Below, in pieces: positions 41,892 through 55,329 of a DNA stretch of 64,000 bases (the first letter of the stretch is position 1; every line of letters begins with the position of its first letter). A program made the translations under genes and the position numbers. Source of the stretch: Octopus vulgaris (taxonomy: Eukaryota); the NCBI GenBank assembly GCA_951406725.2, contig OX597823.1, forward strand, positions 65,286,001-65,350,000, given 5' to 3'. The notes under the pieces are model-generated. The model was not told the DNA's origin. It did not search any database and saw only the letters and a list, made by a program, of their open reading frames with translations.

Positions 41892-42062
41892 TGATAACAT
41901 TTATTCATATATATTGATTAAATGTTTATTATTTACAATCTTTATTACATATTTACAAAATAAATACATAGTCAAATAAATAAAAGTTATATTTCGTATG
42001 ATTGATATGTACATAGGAAAACACGAGCTTTCTGAATTAGATGCAAACATTCTACATCAATG

Positions 42063-42108
<46 letters not shown>

Positions 42109-43191
42109 TAATTAGTTTTAACAAATATAGCGTCACAGATTTTGTCGGTGGAAAGGGGTTTGTTATACAGAATCATAGTAAATGTATAGTGAAGTTTTAT
42201 CGACACCAAAAATTAGAAAAGCAAGATAAATTACGATGACACTACTAATCATTATTACTACTAATAAACAGTGATAAAACTTTGATGGAAACCAGAAATC
42301 ATAGCCTTAATAACAGAATCCGTGAGAATGACTAAAACAAATGCAGACTAAAATAAAATATCTCCTAACTTAGAAATATGCACAACATAGGATATACCAT
42401 TAGAAGGTGCTCGACAATATGACGTAGAGTAATTAGAAATAAAACAAACAATACACAGATTAAAGAGTTGAGATTATTTGTTCAGTGAAGGCAGGAAATA
42501 ATATTACAAAAGTGGTTATTTCTCATATAAGCATAAAGCCAGAAATTTAATGGGGTAGAAAAAGAGGTGGGGAGGGAGAGCGAGTGAGGGAAAGAGTTAA
42601 TCTATTCACTCACCCCCTACTGTTGATCAGTACTTTATTGAATCTGGAGAGATTGAATGCAATTTTGCCCTAGGAAAGATTTGAAATCTCAGCAAAATAG
42701 AAAAGAAAAAAAAGGAAAAATACATCCACACATTTTGGCCGATGCTGTAATGTTTCGGAAAATCCACCACCTTTAAACTGCTAGAATATTAATAATCATT
42801 AGTAGGATCCTTGGAAATTCAACATATTTAAAGATATTATGTTAGCATATGAAACACACGCAAGGAATTTCGAAAACGTCATTTGAAATCCTGCCATTTA
42901 ATGAACACTGTACTTTTAAAAATAATTGAAATGAATCTAGAAGGTAATACTTATTTACATTCTTTTAGTATGTTTGATTGATATGATGTGCTTCATAGTT
43001 TAGGGAAATAAAAGGTGAACTGATAACATTTATTCATATATATATTGATTAAATGTTTATTATTTACAATCTGTATTACATATTTACAATATAAATAAGT
43101 AGGCAAATAAAAAAAAAGTTAGATTTCGTATGATTGATATGTACATAGAAAAACATGAGCTTTCTGAATTAGATGCAAACATTCTACATCA
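41892..43191. repeat. Direct repeat pair of about 170 bp (41892-42059 and 43021-43191)
   Basis: Both start tgataacatttattcatatatattgattaaatg and end ctgaattagatgcaaacattctacatca. Confidence 0.9.
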
Positions 43192-43332
43192 TAAATGGGA
43201 CTATACAGATTGCTTGTGATATACTTATATATATAGCAATACAAAATATGAACAGATGTAAATGAATATAAAAAGAAAACTATTCTATATGGACACATAA
43301 AATACTTCACGATTTTTAGGAACTGAATATAA

Positions 43333-43466
<134 letters not shown>

Positions 43467-46231
43467 AATACATAAATTTGTCTATCTGTCTGTCTAATAA
43501 GATATATCTATTTTCCCTTCTACGAATTTATGCACTTGTCTACTTTCATAATATCGATAAGCAGTTAAACCTAAAAAAAGCAAACAAAACAATAATGACA
43601 GTGCCTAGCTACAGCCTTTGGTCTGGAACGCATAAGATAAAATGTGTAGCATCCACAGCTGTTTGCCCACTAAAGTTATTTAACTTTTATTTGACTACCG
43701 ATACATATTTAATACTTAAATTTATAGATCTTCATGATATTGTCGTATTATGTAAAAACATTTCGATTGCGCCTAGAGTTTTGAACATACAAATGCAGAA
43801 CAATATAGATCACCACTCTCTCTTCTCTCTCTTTATCTCTCCCTTCTACATATATTTTTTCTCCATTAGAGTCATTGTCTCGCTTGGCGTGACACACAGA
43901 CAAAGCTGACAGACTGCAAGAACAATGTGATTGATATAATTATTCATATTATTGACCACAATGGAACAAATATATAATGCAAAAAAAGAAAATGACGAAT
44001 GTTCATGTGCAATAACCAATGAGCGAAGAAAAACTGTTATGCATTATGTTGGAGAAGGTTTCAAATTCAGTAGGGCATGCAAAAGATAAGCCTTCTACTG
44101 AAAGCTATGAAGCCATCATATATGTATCATCAGGGTACCCAACGACTCGGATCGCCTTACGTTAGTTTTGCAACCACAGCCCTCCAAACTGAGATTAGCA
44201 TCTTTGACCGACCAACGAAATACCCAACATAACTTGTAGAGTGTTTTAGTCGCTATGTTTTTGTAGACCAACACTGCGCTCAGCAAATTTCCCTAAGGTA
44301 ACAACAATCCAAGACTGAACGTCGCAATCGCATTCCAGCCGATAACTTGTATTTTTTGTCATGTACTGCAGCGGCTACCTATAAGCATCTGTGGGTATCA
44401 CCAGCGCTGCTTGACTCCGCGTCTCTGTCTTAATTAGCGGGAATACACTTCATTAAGTTCTGCCATATATATCTCCAGTCACAAAAGCATACACGTAGAT
44501 CCGAATATATCCAATTTCTTTTTCGAGTAGGTATAAAATTTCCACTTTTTCGATATTTTTAACCCCTCCCCCTGACACCGGATGCTTTCTTTGCGATTTC
44601 TTGGACAAATTTCTCGCTAAAGACACATCTTTTTTTTTTTGTTACACTTGCTTACGTCTCCAAATTTTTACCTTTTTCTGGAGTTGATTGGTGTCTAGTT
44701 ATTCTTTCTCTTTACGAATGTGAGCAACGGTTGTGCTGTTAGTTGATGAAGATGATATTCTTGTTCATATATATATATATGAATTTTTGCCATTATTTTT
44801 CCTTTTTTTCTGCTAGTTAGAATATAGCACTCTGTGTCAGTAAATTTGTTTTTGTGTAATTCCTATTTTTCTGTTAATCATTTTTTTTATTAATATTTTT
44901 TGCTTATTAAAAATATTTCGAAGACGCTAGAGTACATTCGCTATTACAAGGCTTATAATGAGCACGTTTTTCTGTTGCCTCTGAGATAACCCGCGAGAAC
45001 TACAAATATATAAGACAAAAGAATCTTTTTCAGAAATATTGGCACGCAAATAAAAATGTCGAAGGGTGAGCAGTTTTTATATTTTATGCCAGATATTAAC
45101 GAGAATATTTAAATATTCTTAGCGTCTTTGTTTTGAAAACAAAATTCCAAAAGGAAATTTATAAATAAATACAATAAAATAAAAAGAAACATTCAATAAA
45201 TAATCCTGGAACATGATATTTTCCAAAGGGTCTCTTCGAAATATCACTGCTAAGACATGACAACAATAGAAGGGGCACTACTGCTGCTGGTGATGGTGGT
45301 GGTAGCGGTAGTGATGCTGCTGCTGTTGCTGCTGCTGCTGTTGCTGCTGCTACTACTACTACTACTACTACTACTACCACTATTACTACTACTACTACTG
45401 CTACTAATATTAATAATGGTGATGATGATGATGATGATGATGATGATGAGGATATAAAGATAATTATTTGATGAAGAAGTAAACGAATGAAGGAGATTGT
45501 CACTGTGCTAAATCCATGATTGGTTTTCTCATTTGCATACACGCATAGAAGCCATACACAGCACGCACTCAGACGCACATATATGAACGTTGGACCTCCC
45601 ACATAATAAACATTGAAGAAAATCTGGAATTTATTCTGTCTCATTATTCAAACAGATATTCCGTATCTGCAACCTTCAAGACATTCAATGCAGATGTAGG
45701 AATTATAATTAATGGTAATTTCTGATAACTGTTTAATTTAAAAATTGCAGAGATTTCTATCATTTTCACTGCGTCACGTACATGAAATACCTGGAATATA
45801 TGGGATCATTGTGGCCACTCAAAATAGTTGCTCTGTATTGAACGAGAACAACAACAACAACACAAACACACACACACTCAGACACGCGCAGATGCTCACA
45901 CACGGACACACAGGAACACATAGCCAAGAACAGATATATGCACATATACACTGCCATCCAAGAAACAAAAAAAAAACACTGCAAAACACAGGAAATTGAT
46001 CAGTAAAATAAATAATGGCCTAGGGACATGATTGGCTGCTTGATAAGGAAGACTGAGTTGCAATTACGGTGTATAAATTTGAGCCCCGTAGCGCCGTGTC
46101 TTGGGCAGACAATTCTAATTCTAGCCTCAGCTTGAATGCCTTTTGAGTGAAATTCAGAGAATAAAAGAATAATAACAGAGCAGAAAGTAATCATTTCCCT
46201 ATGTATGTATGTATGTATGTATGTAGCTATC

Positions 46232-46284
<53 letters not shown>

Positions 46285-46379
46285 CGGGAAAGTTTACGAA
46301 AATAAACAAAAGACGAAGGCAGGTGGAGTACAAACAAACAAATGTATTAGTATAGCGCTCAGGAATAGAAATAGAAAAA

Positions 46380-46421
46380 GTATTTTACGTTTCGAGTCTA
46401 CGCTCTTCGACAGAAAGATAC
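46380..46421 (-). ncRNA. Variant minimal hammerhead-like motif in a short (TA)n-flanked element
   Basis: Minus strand: TTT-CTGTCGA-A-GAG-cgtaga-CTC-GAAA-CG-TA-AAA. The core deviates (A6>U and one extra A). Confidence 0.4.
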
Positions 46422-46673
46422 ATAGAAAAAAACAAGGGGAGAAAAAATGCGTGTAGGAGCTAACGATCTATCATGGCATATATATATATGTGTGTGTGTG
46501 TTTGTGCGTGTGTGTATATATATGGATGGATGGATAGATAGATAGGTAAATAGATAGGTACGTAGATAGGTAGACAAATAGATAGATAAAGCCGCAGTCA
46601 TATGACATGTGTGCATAAAAACACACATATTTGTATCATTGGCAGTCAAGAAAAGTCTGCCTTGGGCGCCGTA

Positions 46674-46719
46674 ATTGCCTGATCACGTGATTTCGACCTA
46701 CAGCGTCTCTTCAGTCAAC
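46674..46719 (-). ncRNA. Type I hammerhead motif (stem I damaged)
   Basis: Minus strand: gttga-CTGAAGA-GAC-gctgtag-GTC-GAAA-TCACGTGA-TC-aggcaat. Intact core, stem II and palindromic stem III. Confidence 0.65.
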
Positions 46720-47329
46720 GCTGTCCACTCGCTGCATACCAGCCAAATCATACTGTCAACGATACATATAATCACTGTGATTTTCAGGCACTGATATTGC
46801 AGTTAGCCAGTAGGTATTGTTAAGCAGAATACAAACGATTACCGTTTGTCATTAATACTGCTCTGTTGATATTAGGAAAGGTTTTCTGAGTTTTTATATA
46901 TATTTTACAATTATAATTTACATAGAATGATTAAAAGCGTTACGCGAATATTCTATATTGCAGAAAAAACCCCAGAAATAAACCGAATGTACCGAGCTCT
47001 CAATACAACATACTCTCGTCTGACGGCTGTCTTTGGGTTTGAGACAAGGAATAAATAAGGATAAAATTACTTGAAAAATATATGCGCACAAGTTTCAATA
47101 TTCAATTGAGCTTTATGTAATTTTGAAGGTAATAATACTAGCAAATAGACATATATATATGTGGAGCTTCATGTACATGTATATGCATACATACATACAA
47201 ACATACATATGAGAATATATAGACATATATGTATGCAGATATACTCACAGCATGTATATACAACATGCACACTCTCACTCACATCAGCATATATATACAT
47301 ATATATTCATAAATATGGCTGTATTAGAT

Positions 47330-47660
47330 GGCCCATAGCTCAGTGGTTAGAGCGCCGAAATTACGATCGTGAGGTTGTGAGTTCGATTTCCGGACCGGGC
47401 TGCGTGCTGTGATCTTAAGCAAGACATTTTATTTTACATTGCTCCAGTTCACTCAGCTGTAGAAATGAGTTGCGACGACACTGATGCTAAGCTGAATCGG
47501 CCTTTGCCTTTTTCTTGGATAACTTCGGTGGCGTGGAAAGGGAGGCTGCTGTGCATGGGCGATTGCTGATCTTCTATGAACAAACTTGCGCAGACTTGTG
47601 CCTCGGAGGGTAACATTATAAGTGCATTCCCAAGATCATTCGTGACCGAAGGGTGTCTCT
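47330..47660 (+). mobile_element. tRNA-derived SINE, family B
   Basis: Head tagctcagtggttagagcg...gagttcgatttcc; the body matches 12771-13097. Confidence 0.82.
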
Positions 47661-47736
47661 ATATATGATTGTATGTATGTATATATACCTGCCTATATTT
47701 ATAGACGGATATCTATATATATGCCTATATATATAT

Positions 47737-47801
<65 letters not shown>

Positions 47802-48075
47802 TAAATATATATATATAAATTTTCGAAATTTTTCTCGTATGAGGTTTTTCACGCTATCTACCTGATAATTTCTTATTAAGATTCCTTATTAAGAGGTTGT
47901 CCTTAATTGCTAAATAATTTTATTCCGAAAAAACTTTTTCTCACCGAAATGCAATTCGAAGAAGCCTGCCATTTACCGGATGTAATATATGTAAACTCCC
48001 CCATGTGCTTCGTTGAAGTTGAACAGTTAGCTGCTTGGCTTCGACGAGACAGGGTCGTTTATGTATGATACGTTC

Positions 48076-48124
48076 AGGCTTGCTGAAGAGTACATAAGTA
48101 CGAAATCACAGGTGATACAAGTCT
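48076..48124 (+). ncRNA. Canonical type I hammerhead ribozyme
   Basis: AGGCTTG-CTGAAGA-GTAC-ataa-GTAC-GAAA-TCA-cagg-TGA-TA-CAAGTCT: 7-bp stem I (one G-U), 4-bp stem II, stem III, and an AUA site with cleavage predicted after 48117. Confidence 0.85.
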
Positions 48125-48329
48125 ATATATTTTTTAAATGCCTTGCTTTGAAAGATTGCATTCGGTGGGATTAGTAAAATTTTTGGTAGAAATAACTTTT
48201 TGTCCCTCTTAGCGTGTGGCATCTATGTATAATAATGCCCTCTATATATAAATATATATAAATATATATATATATGTATGTACTTACATACAAAAACATA
48301 ACACTAACGGCCGGGCACACACACATACA

Positions 48330-49060
48330 TATATATGGAGAAATGATAGTATTGAAGTATTGAAAAGTGAAAACTCGACGACAAGAAGAATATATCTAAT
48401 GTATAATTAATAAAAATTGTTATCTCAAAAATAGTGCAAAATCAGTGATATGAATTGAAAAGGATATCAGAAGGCAGGGGAATGTTAGGGAAATGGAGAA
48501 AAGAATGTAAACGTGTTTGTAACCCAGGAATGCGGGTGTACATGTGTTTGTAGTCAGTGAAGTAAATGTGATGCGGCTCAGTCCTGTAACGGATGTTCAT
48601 CGTTTCCCGAATACAACGGTATTGTTGTTTAAACAGTTCTCATGACTACGTATTTAACTGCTGCTTGCATGGTTGTCGCGTTTAGCCCTTGTAGTTAGAA
48701 GCCTTTTCGGATGTCTAAATAGAATGTACAACACAGAATTTTTGCTTCAAGAATTTCAGTCATTGCTATGTTGCATTTTCGTGACACATCAAGGATTGGC
48801 TTTTCATCAACATAAATCACGGATTCAGTGTTGCAAGGCTTATATCCTGGACATACTTTGATGTTTCCACGTAAGCATTGCTCTACTGTTTTAGCGTGAG
48901 TAGCTACAGCCTTATACAGGAATAGGGAAAACATTAAAAGTGTATTTATTGGTAAGTCACTGCAGCTTAATTTAATGTGCTGTTTGTTTAAAAGCTTTCT
49001 ACATTTCTGGGTGGCAGAGAAGTGCTTGTCTATTAAGGTTTGAAGCGTTTATAAGATATT
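48330..49060 (-). mobile_element. Penelope-like element remnant (linker and GIY-YIG start)
   Basis: LIDKHFSATQKCRKLLNKQHIKLSCSDLP and CPGYKPCNTESVIY match the PLE LIDKHF...N...KxSYS and CP..G.C....VIY motifs. Confidence 0.7.
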
Positions 49061-49589
49061 TCAGTTAACATCGACTCAAAAAGTATTTGTGAAACATATG
49101 CTATTAGAAAGAGAAGCGAGTGCGAGAGATAGAGAGCGAGGGAGTCTCTTAGTTTGGTTTGCGAATAATAGTATTAGGTAATTTTTTTCTTTGAATTCTC
49201 TGGCTAGTAAAATGTTATTTTAATGGAGATTGCCATATCGAAAATATCCTCATTTGATTATATTTCGTGAAATGCAGACATTTTGAGAGGAACCTATTAG
49301 AGAACTGAATCGCATTACCTTCACTTCATTCTCTACTTACAAATGCATGAATTTCAACTTTGTTACATTTTTCCCTCCATATAATATTTCCTTCTCTTTT
49401 CTCGATTTTTCTTTATATTTCTCTTTAACGCTTTTACTTCCTTCTATCCGCTTCTCCCATTAAAACTATCTTCACTTACACTATTACGTGTATGCAGTAG
49501 TTCCTTTTATGTATTTCCGTTCCCTTAATGTATTTCTGTCACACATTCTCACGAAAAAAAAAATCCATCCATTCAACTTTTTCGCCCAC

Positions 49590-49960
49590 TATTCTTAGGT
49601 GCTTTGTGAAGTTCGACTCCTCAGGCACATCCTCCATATGATCCAATCAAAAGTAACCGTCATTAAATTTTTCGGCTAGATTTCCGAGTGCGACCAACTA
49701 CGACTATGGATATATATCGTCTAATTATCTCTTTCTTAGTCTATTCTCAGGTCTCCTACCAGTTAGTTCACCTTGTAAAATCCATCTTGTGAATCTTTCT
49801 AATCACATGTCCGTACCACAAGAGCTCAGTGCAGAGACGTAGTGGTTCGATCTTATGACACTACACACCGTGTCGAATAAAATGGCTCCACAGATCGTTC
49901 TGAAGTACGTTATTTCGGTCACCTGATTTGGCGATCGTTCTCTTTCGCCCATTATCACCA
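49590..49960 (-). mobile_element. Decayed LINE 3' fragment (RTE-like)
   Basis: LLWYGHVIR thumb motif on the minus strand; otherwise degenerate. Confidence 0.5.
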
Positions 49961-50173
49961 AAATCTAAGTTGGACAAATTATCAATTTTAAACTACATGT
50001 CTTCAGATATTTAAGGATAAACGTACATGCACAGGTACATATGCATACATAGATATATATACACATACATACATGCATATGTACCTACATACATGCATAC
50101 ATACATACATACGTACATGCATACATACACATACATACATATATACATATATATACTCAAACATATAAGTAGG

Positions 50174-50343
50174 TATTCTTTTATTCTCTTATTTGTTTCA
50201 GTCATTTGACTGCGGCCATGCTGGAGCACTGCCTTTAGTCGAGCAAATCGACCCCAGGACTTATTGTTTGTAAGCCTAGTACTTATTCTATCGGTCTTGT
50301 CAAACGATGTTCAGTGGGTGGGGTTACAAACATAGACACAGAA

Positions 50344-50418
<75 letters not shown>

Positions 50419-50581
50419 CGATAGGCTTCCTTCAGTTTCTGTCTACCAAATCCACTCAGAAGGCTTTGGTCGGCCGAGGCTATAATAGAAGACACGTGCC
50501 CAAGGTGCCACGCAGTGGGACTGAACCTGGAACCATGTGTTTGGTTAGCAAGCTACTTACCATACAGCCACCCCTGCGCCT
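50174..50581 (-). mobile_element. tRNA-derived SINE, family C
   Basis: Matches 15653-16044, including the internal (CA)n(TA)n. Confidence 0.85.
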
Positions 50582-50745
50582 ATAATCATATATATACATA
50601 TACATACATATATATGTATATATACATACATATGTATATATGCACATATACATGTATGCATATATATATATATTCATACATACATATGTATGTATATATA
50701 CATACATATATATATATACATATATATATATTCATGTATATATAC

Positions 50746-50838
<93 letters not shown>

Positions 50839-51161
50839 TAGATAGATGTACGTACTTACGTACGTACATATATATATATATATATATATATACATACATA
50901 CATGCGTGTGTGTCTGTGTGCGCGCATGAACTCTGTGAAGTTTTATACATGCAGATACATAAATTCAAACAGAGAGCCTCTCATAAATGTACAAAGAAAC
51001 CATAAACGTGGAATGAGAATGGAGATGGACCACAGTGTGACCGAATGGGACAATGGTAAAACATGAATTTAGTAAGCTACGTCAACTAGAGAAAGATTGA
51101 AACGGGGCACAAATCATGTTACATTCTGATTTGCCACATTTCTCAGGGATTTAATATATAT

Positions 51162-51373
51162 AGAAACGTTAGCACGCCGGGCGAAATTCGTAGCCGTATT
51201 TCGTCTGTCGTTACGTTCCGAGTTCAAATTCCGCCAAGGTCGACTTTGCCTTTCATCCTTTCGGGGTCGATAAATTAAGTACCAGTTACGCACTGGGGTC
51301 GATGTAGTCGACTTAATCCCTTTGTCTGTCCTTGTTTGTCCCCTCTGTGTTTAGCCCCTTGTGGGTAGTAAAG

Positions 51374-51376
<3 letters not shown>
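51162..51376 (+). mobile_element. SINE family A in TA repeat
   Basis: Near-identical to 22390-22622, with the first ~15 nt missing. Confidence 0.9.
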
Positions 51377-51425
<49 letters not shown>

Positions 51426-51740
51426 TTATATATATATATATATATGAAATTTCTAAACAAAATCTCCTTCAGATAATCTGTGGGAGTAGGTTATCTTAAA
51501 ATATAATCTTATTGTTAATACGAATACATCACGATGGTAAAAATATTCTTGGGCTTAATGGAGAAAAGGGATTTGACATACAAGTCCATTAAGGATATAC
51601 GGCTTTACTTATAATCTAACTTCAGCTGATGGTATTATAGAGGGAGAGAGGAAGAGAGGGAAAGAGAGAGATGCATACGCTCGTATATGCAAACATATGT
51701 CTGTGCATATGTGTGCACGTATATACATTCATATGTATTA

Positions 51741-51772
<32 letters not shown>

Positions 51773-51887
51773 CTGTGTGTGTGTGTGTATGTGTGTGAAA
51801 CATGGCATTTAATTTTCCGTATCGTTAGTACTTGCGTCTCTCCTACAGATTTTAGAACTAGCTACTCTGTTTTATCTATATACATAC

Positions 51888-51992
<105 letters not shown>

Positions 51993-52255
51993 TTACCTTT
52001 TACATATCTCAGTCATTAGACTGCGGCACCACAACACCGGTTTAATTTTTATAGCTGATAGTATTGTAAATAGCCATATCATTATTCATCGAAGTTTCGT
52101 ACAGAACTGTGGTACTACAATTTTCTTAACAACAGGAAGATTTCTCGTGCCACAACTCGTGTTCGATATACTGTGATTAGTGGAGAGAGCCCCTACTATC
52201 TAGCGGTGACCAGACCTGTATACCTGTCTGGTTTCAGATTGGTATGCAATATTTA

Positions 52256-52295
52256 TACTACTGACGAAGGGAAATAGCCTGAAACCAGACTCGTA
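52256..52295 (+). ncRNA. Decayed minimal type I hammerhead in a palindromic element (52180-52310)
   Basis: TACTA-CTGACGA-AGG-gaaatag-CCT-GAAA-CCAG-AC-TCGTA. Core and stem II intact; the cleavage triplet is mutated. Confidence 0.55.
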
Positions 52296-52461
52296 TGGTG
52301 GTCTCGCCACAGCTCGATACCATGAGTTTACTTACTTGTTTGCAATATATCGGACACAGGTCGTGTCATTAGAGAAATCGGATAAAACACTCACATGCAC
52401 ACACACAAACACACAAACACACACGCAAACACACACACACATATGCACACACACACCAACA

Positions 52462-52499
<38 letters not shown>

Positions 52500-52574
52500 C
52501 TCTACAAACGTATAAAGTACCCCATCAGATTGATGTAAACTTAGTTTTATTATAACTGAACATAAAAACAAACA

Positions 52575-52686
52575 TTATTAATATATATATATACATATAA
52601 TATATATACATATACATACATATATATATATGTATGTATATACATATATATATATTGTTAACAAGGTAAAAATACACTCATCTATT

Positions 52687-52719
<33 letters not shown>

Positions 52720-52746
52720 GTATATATATGTACATATATACATATG

Positions 52747-52791
<45 letters not shown>

Positions 52792-52798
52792 ATGTATG

Positions 52799-52833
<35 letters not shown>

Positions 52834-52835
52834 GT

Positions 52836-52910
<75 letters not shown>

Positions 52911-52975
52911 CACATTCGTACATATATATATGTATGTGTGTGTGAGAGAAAGACAGTGAGAGAGAGAGAGAGAGT
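52575..52975. repeat. (TA)/(TATG) microsatellite block
   Basis: Directly visible; similar blocks at 50585-50900 and 54775-55100. Confidence 0.95.
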
Positions 52976-53856
52976 TTAAGATTGATATGTGGTTTAACAG
53001 AAATAATTATTTGATGCCTATAATAGTAAAATCGTAGAATCTGCATCATAATAGATATTTAGATTTCGCCCCTTATCTTCATCAGTACTTCACTTAATTG
53101 CTGTAACGACGTATCGAAAAGCAAAATATAAGAATTTACGACTATGCACGAACACTCATACGAGCGCGCACACTGACAGTGGTACACACACACACACACT
53201 CACACACACATTATATTATTATTGTTGTATTTATGGGCTTTAAACTGCATTCACCAAGAAAATGTATGCAATATACACTCCAGTTTTGTTCCCAGTCTCT
53301 CGCTCTCTCGCTGTCTCTCTGCATTGATATGTTAAATATCTTATTACGTCACCTTATATGAGGTTCAGAGAAGATATTGACTCAGTTAAGCATGCGGCCC
53401 ATGTAGATTTTCCCGATTTATATTTAGAAAATTTAGAAATTTATGTCCCTCACCTTTGATAATTCGGGCTTCACTTTCACTAAAACACTTATAATATGAC
53501 GTGATAACATGATTTATAAATCAACCTTCCAGGTGTATGTTTTTTATTATGGCTATTCCGTAATATCACTGACGATAAAAGCCAGTGATATGATCCTTGG
53601 TCTATAACGTACAAGTTGTGTCAACAGTTTTGCCTTTTGACAAATAGGCAGGCACGTTGACTTGTAGTTATTGGTTATATACCGCCCACTTAAATCGAAT
53701 TTTATAAGCACGCACTCAGACATAAACCATACACATATTCAATTTCGCACATACACGCAAAATTACATGCACACACACGTTCAATCCCACGCATATACAC
53801 AATCACACATAATATATATATGTGTGTGTGTGAGTATGTGTGTGCGTACGCGTGTG

Positions 53857-53891
<35 letters not shown>

Positions 53892-54788
53892 ACACAATAT
53901 GGTATCATGGCTACAGCCCAAATGTGATCAGAAAGTCGGCGCGAGATTTATCAGACTCATTTGCCTATAAATTTCGGTCCTTCGTTCTGGAAAACAAATC
54001 GAGTACTTTTCCTAGACATCTATCCAATATTTTCCTGGAGAGGATTTAACTAAACTTAAAATGGTGATACTCTTAATCTTTCAATGTGTGTAACACCAAC
54101 TCACAATCACAGCTTGTAGATAATTAACATAACCGTTTTTTCTCACCTCATGCATATGTTTATGTGCACATGTAGATGAGTGCATATGCATACACCTTTC
54201 GGTGACAACGGAAGTTATGAATCTTTGACGCTGGTTTGAAGAAAATATTTGAAGGTAAGGCAATATTCCCGGCTGATTTCAGTCTGCTTCTTTATGTTCT
54301 GGCAATGATAATGATGACAGTGACCTCAAGCTGCAATCTCCCAAGATGGTGGCCATTCCTTTAGATAAATATCAATGGCCTGAAAAGGCAACACTTGCTT
54401 GAATGGAGAGTTGCCGTGTTTGAAAAAAATGTACATTGACCCATGGTGTTTAATTACCAAATGAATGCTTCACATCTGAAAGCTCGTGGAAAGAAATTTG
54501 TTATTCCTAACAGGCCGTACGACCACATATGTGCTCTTTCATCGATCTCTCCAGTACTATGAGATTTGTATTCGTGATAGATGTTTGTATTGGTGCCGTA
54601 TGTTATATTTTATATTTAACATGATTTACGACATTGACAACAGAAACACAACGATGGTATCAATTGAACGGAACAAGTAATATTTGCTCGAAACAAATAT
54701 TCTCGATTCAGGAAGGACGAAAGATTAAGTAAACCCGAGCAGAATAAGAATTTAGAAAATAAAGTGATTCGTGTATATATATACATAC

Positions 54789-54902
<114 letters not shown>

Positions 54903-55329
54903 GCATATATATATATATATGTATATATGTATGTGTGTGTACATATATGTATATATATATATATGTCTATATATATATATATGAATATATGTATGTATAA
55001 ATATATATGCATCTATCTATCTATTTATCTATCTCTCTATCTATCTCTCACCCCTCCCTCTCTCACTTCCCCCTCTCTCTCTATCTATATCTATATATAT
55101 ATAGATGCATGTATATTTACCGCCACTGAATTTGTGTATAAAACTATAATGTGTGTATGCATGCACACTATATTGTAAAATGAGTTTCCATGACAAAAGG
55201 TTATCTCATATATAACAACAAAATATAATAGATTGGAACATAACAATATATAAAGGTGCTTGTGTGTCTGTAGACGGAGCTGTGTGAATTTGCATACTCA
55301 GGCTCTGGATGTTCAAATGGCTCATTTTC

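Noticed and set aside
44030-44560. GC-richer tract, possibly LINE ORF1 or LTR debris
   Set aside because: No motif recognised; all frames interrupted.
46000-46194. Minus-strand ORF with an apparent splice acceptor
   Set aside because: The sequence is a decayed SINE family C head.
54255-54320. RT-like fragment (DFSLLLYVLAM, similar to GDSLSPLLFVLAM)
   Set aside because: Single short degenerate motif with no supporting neighbours.
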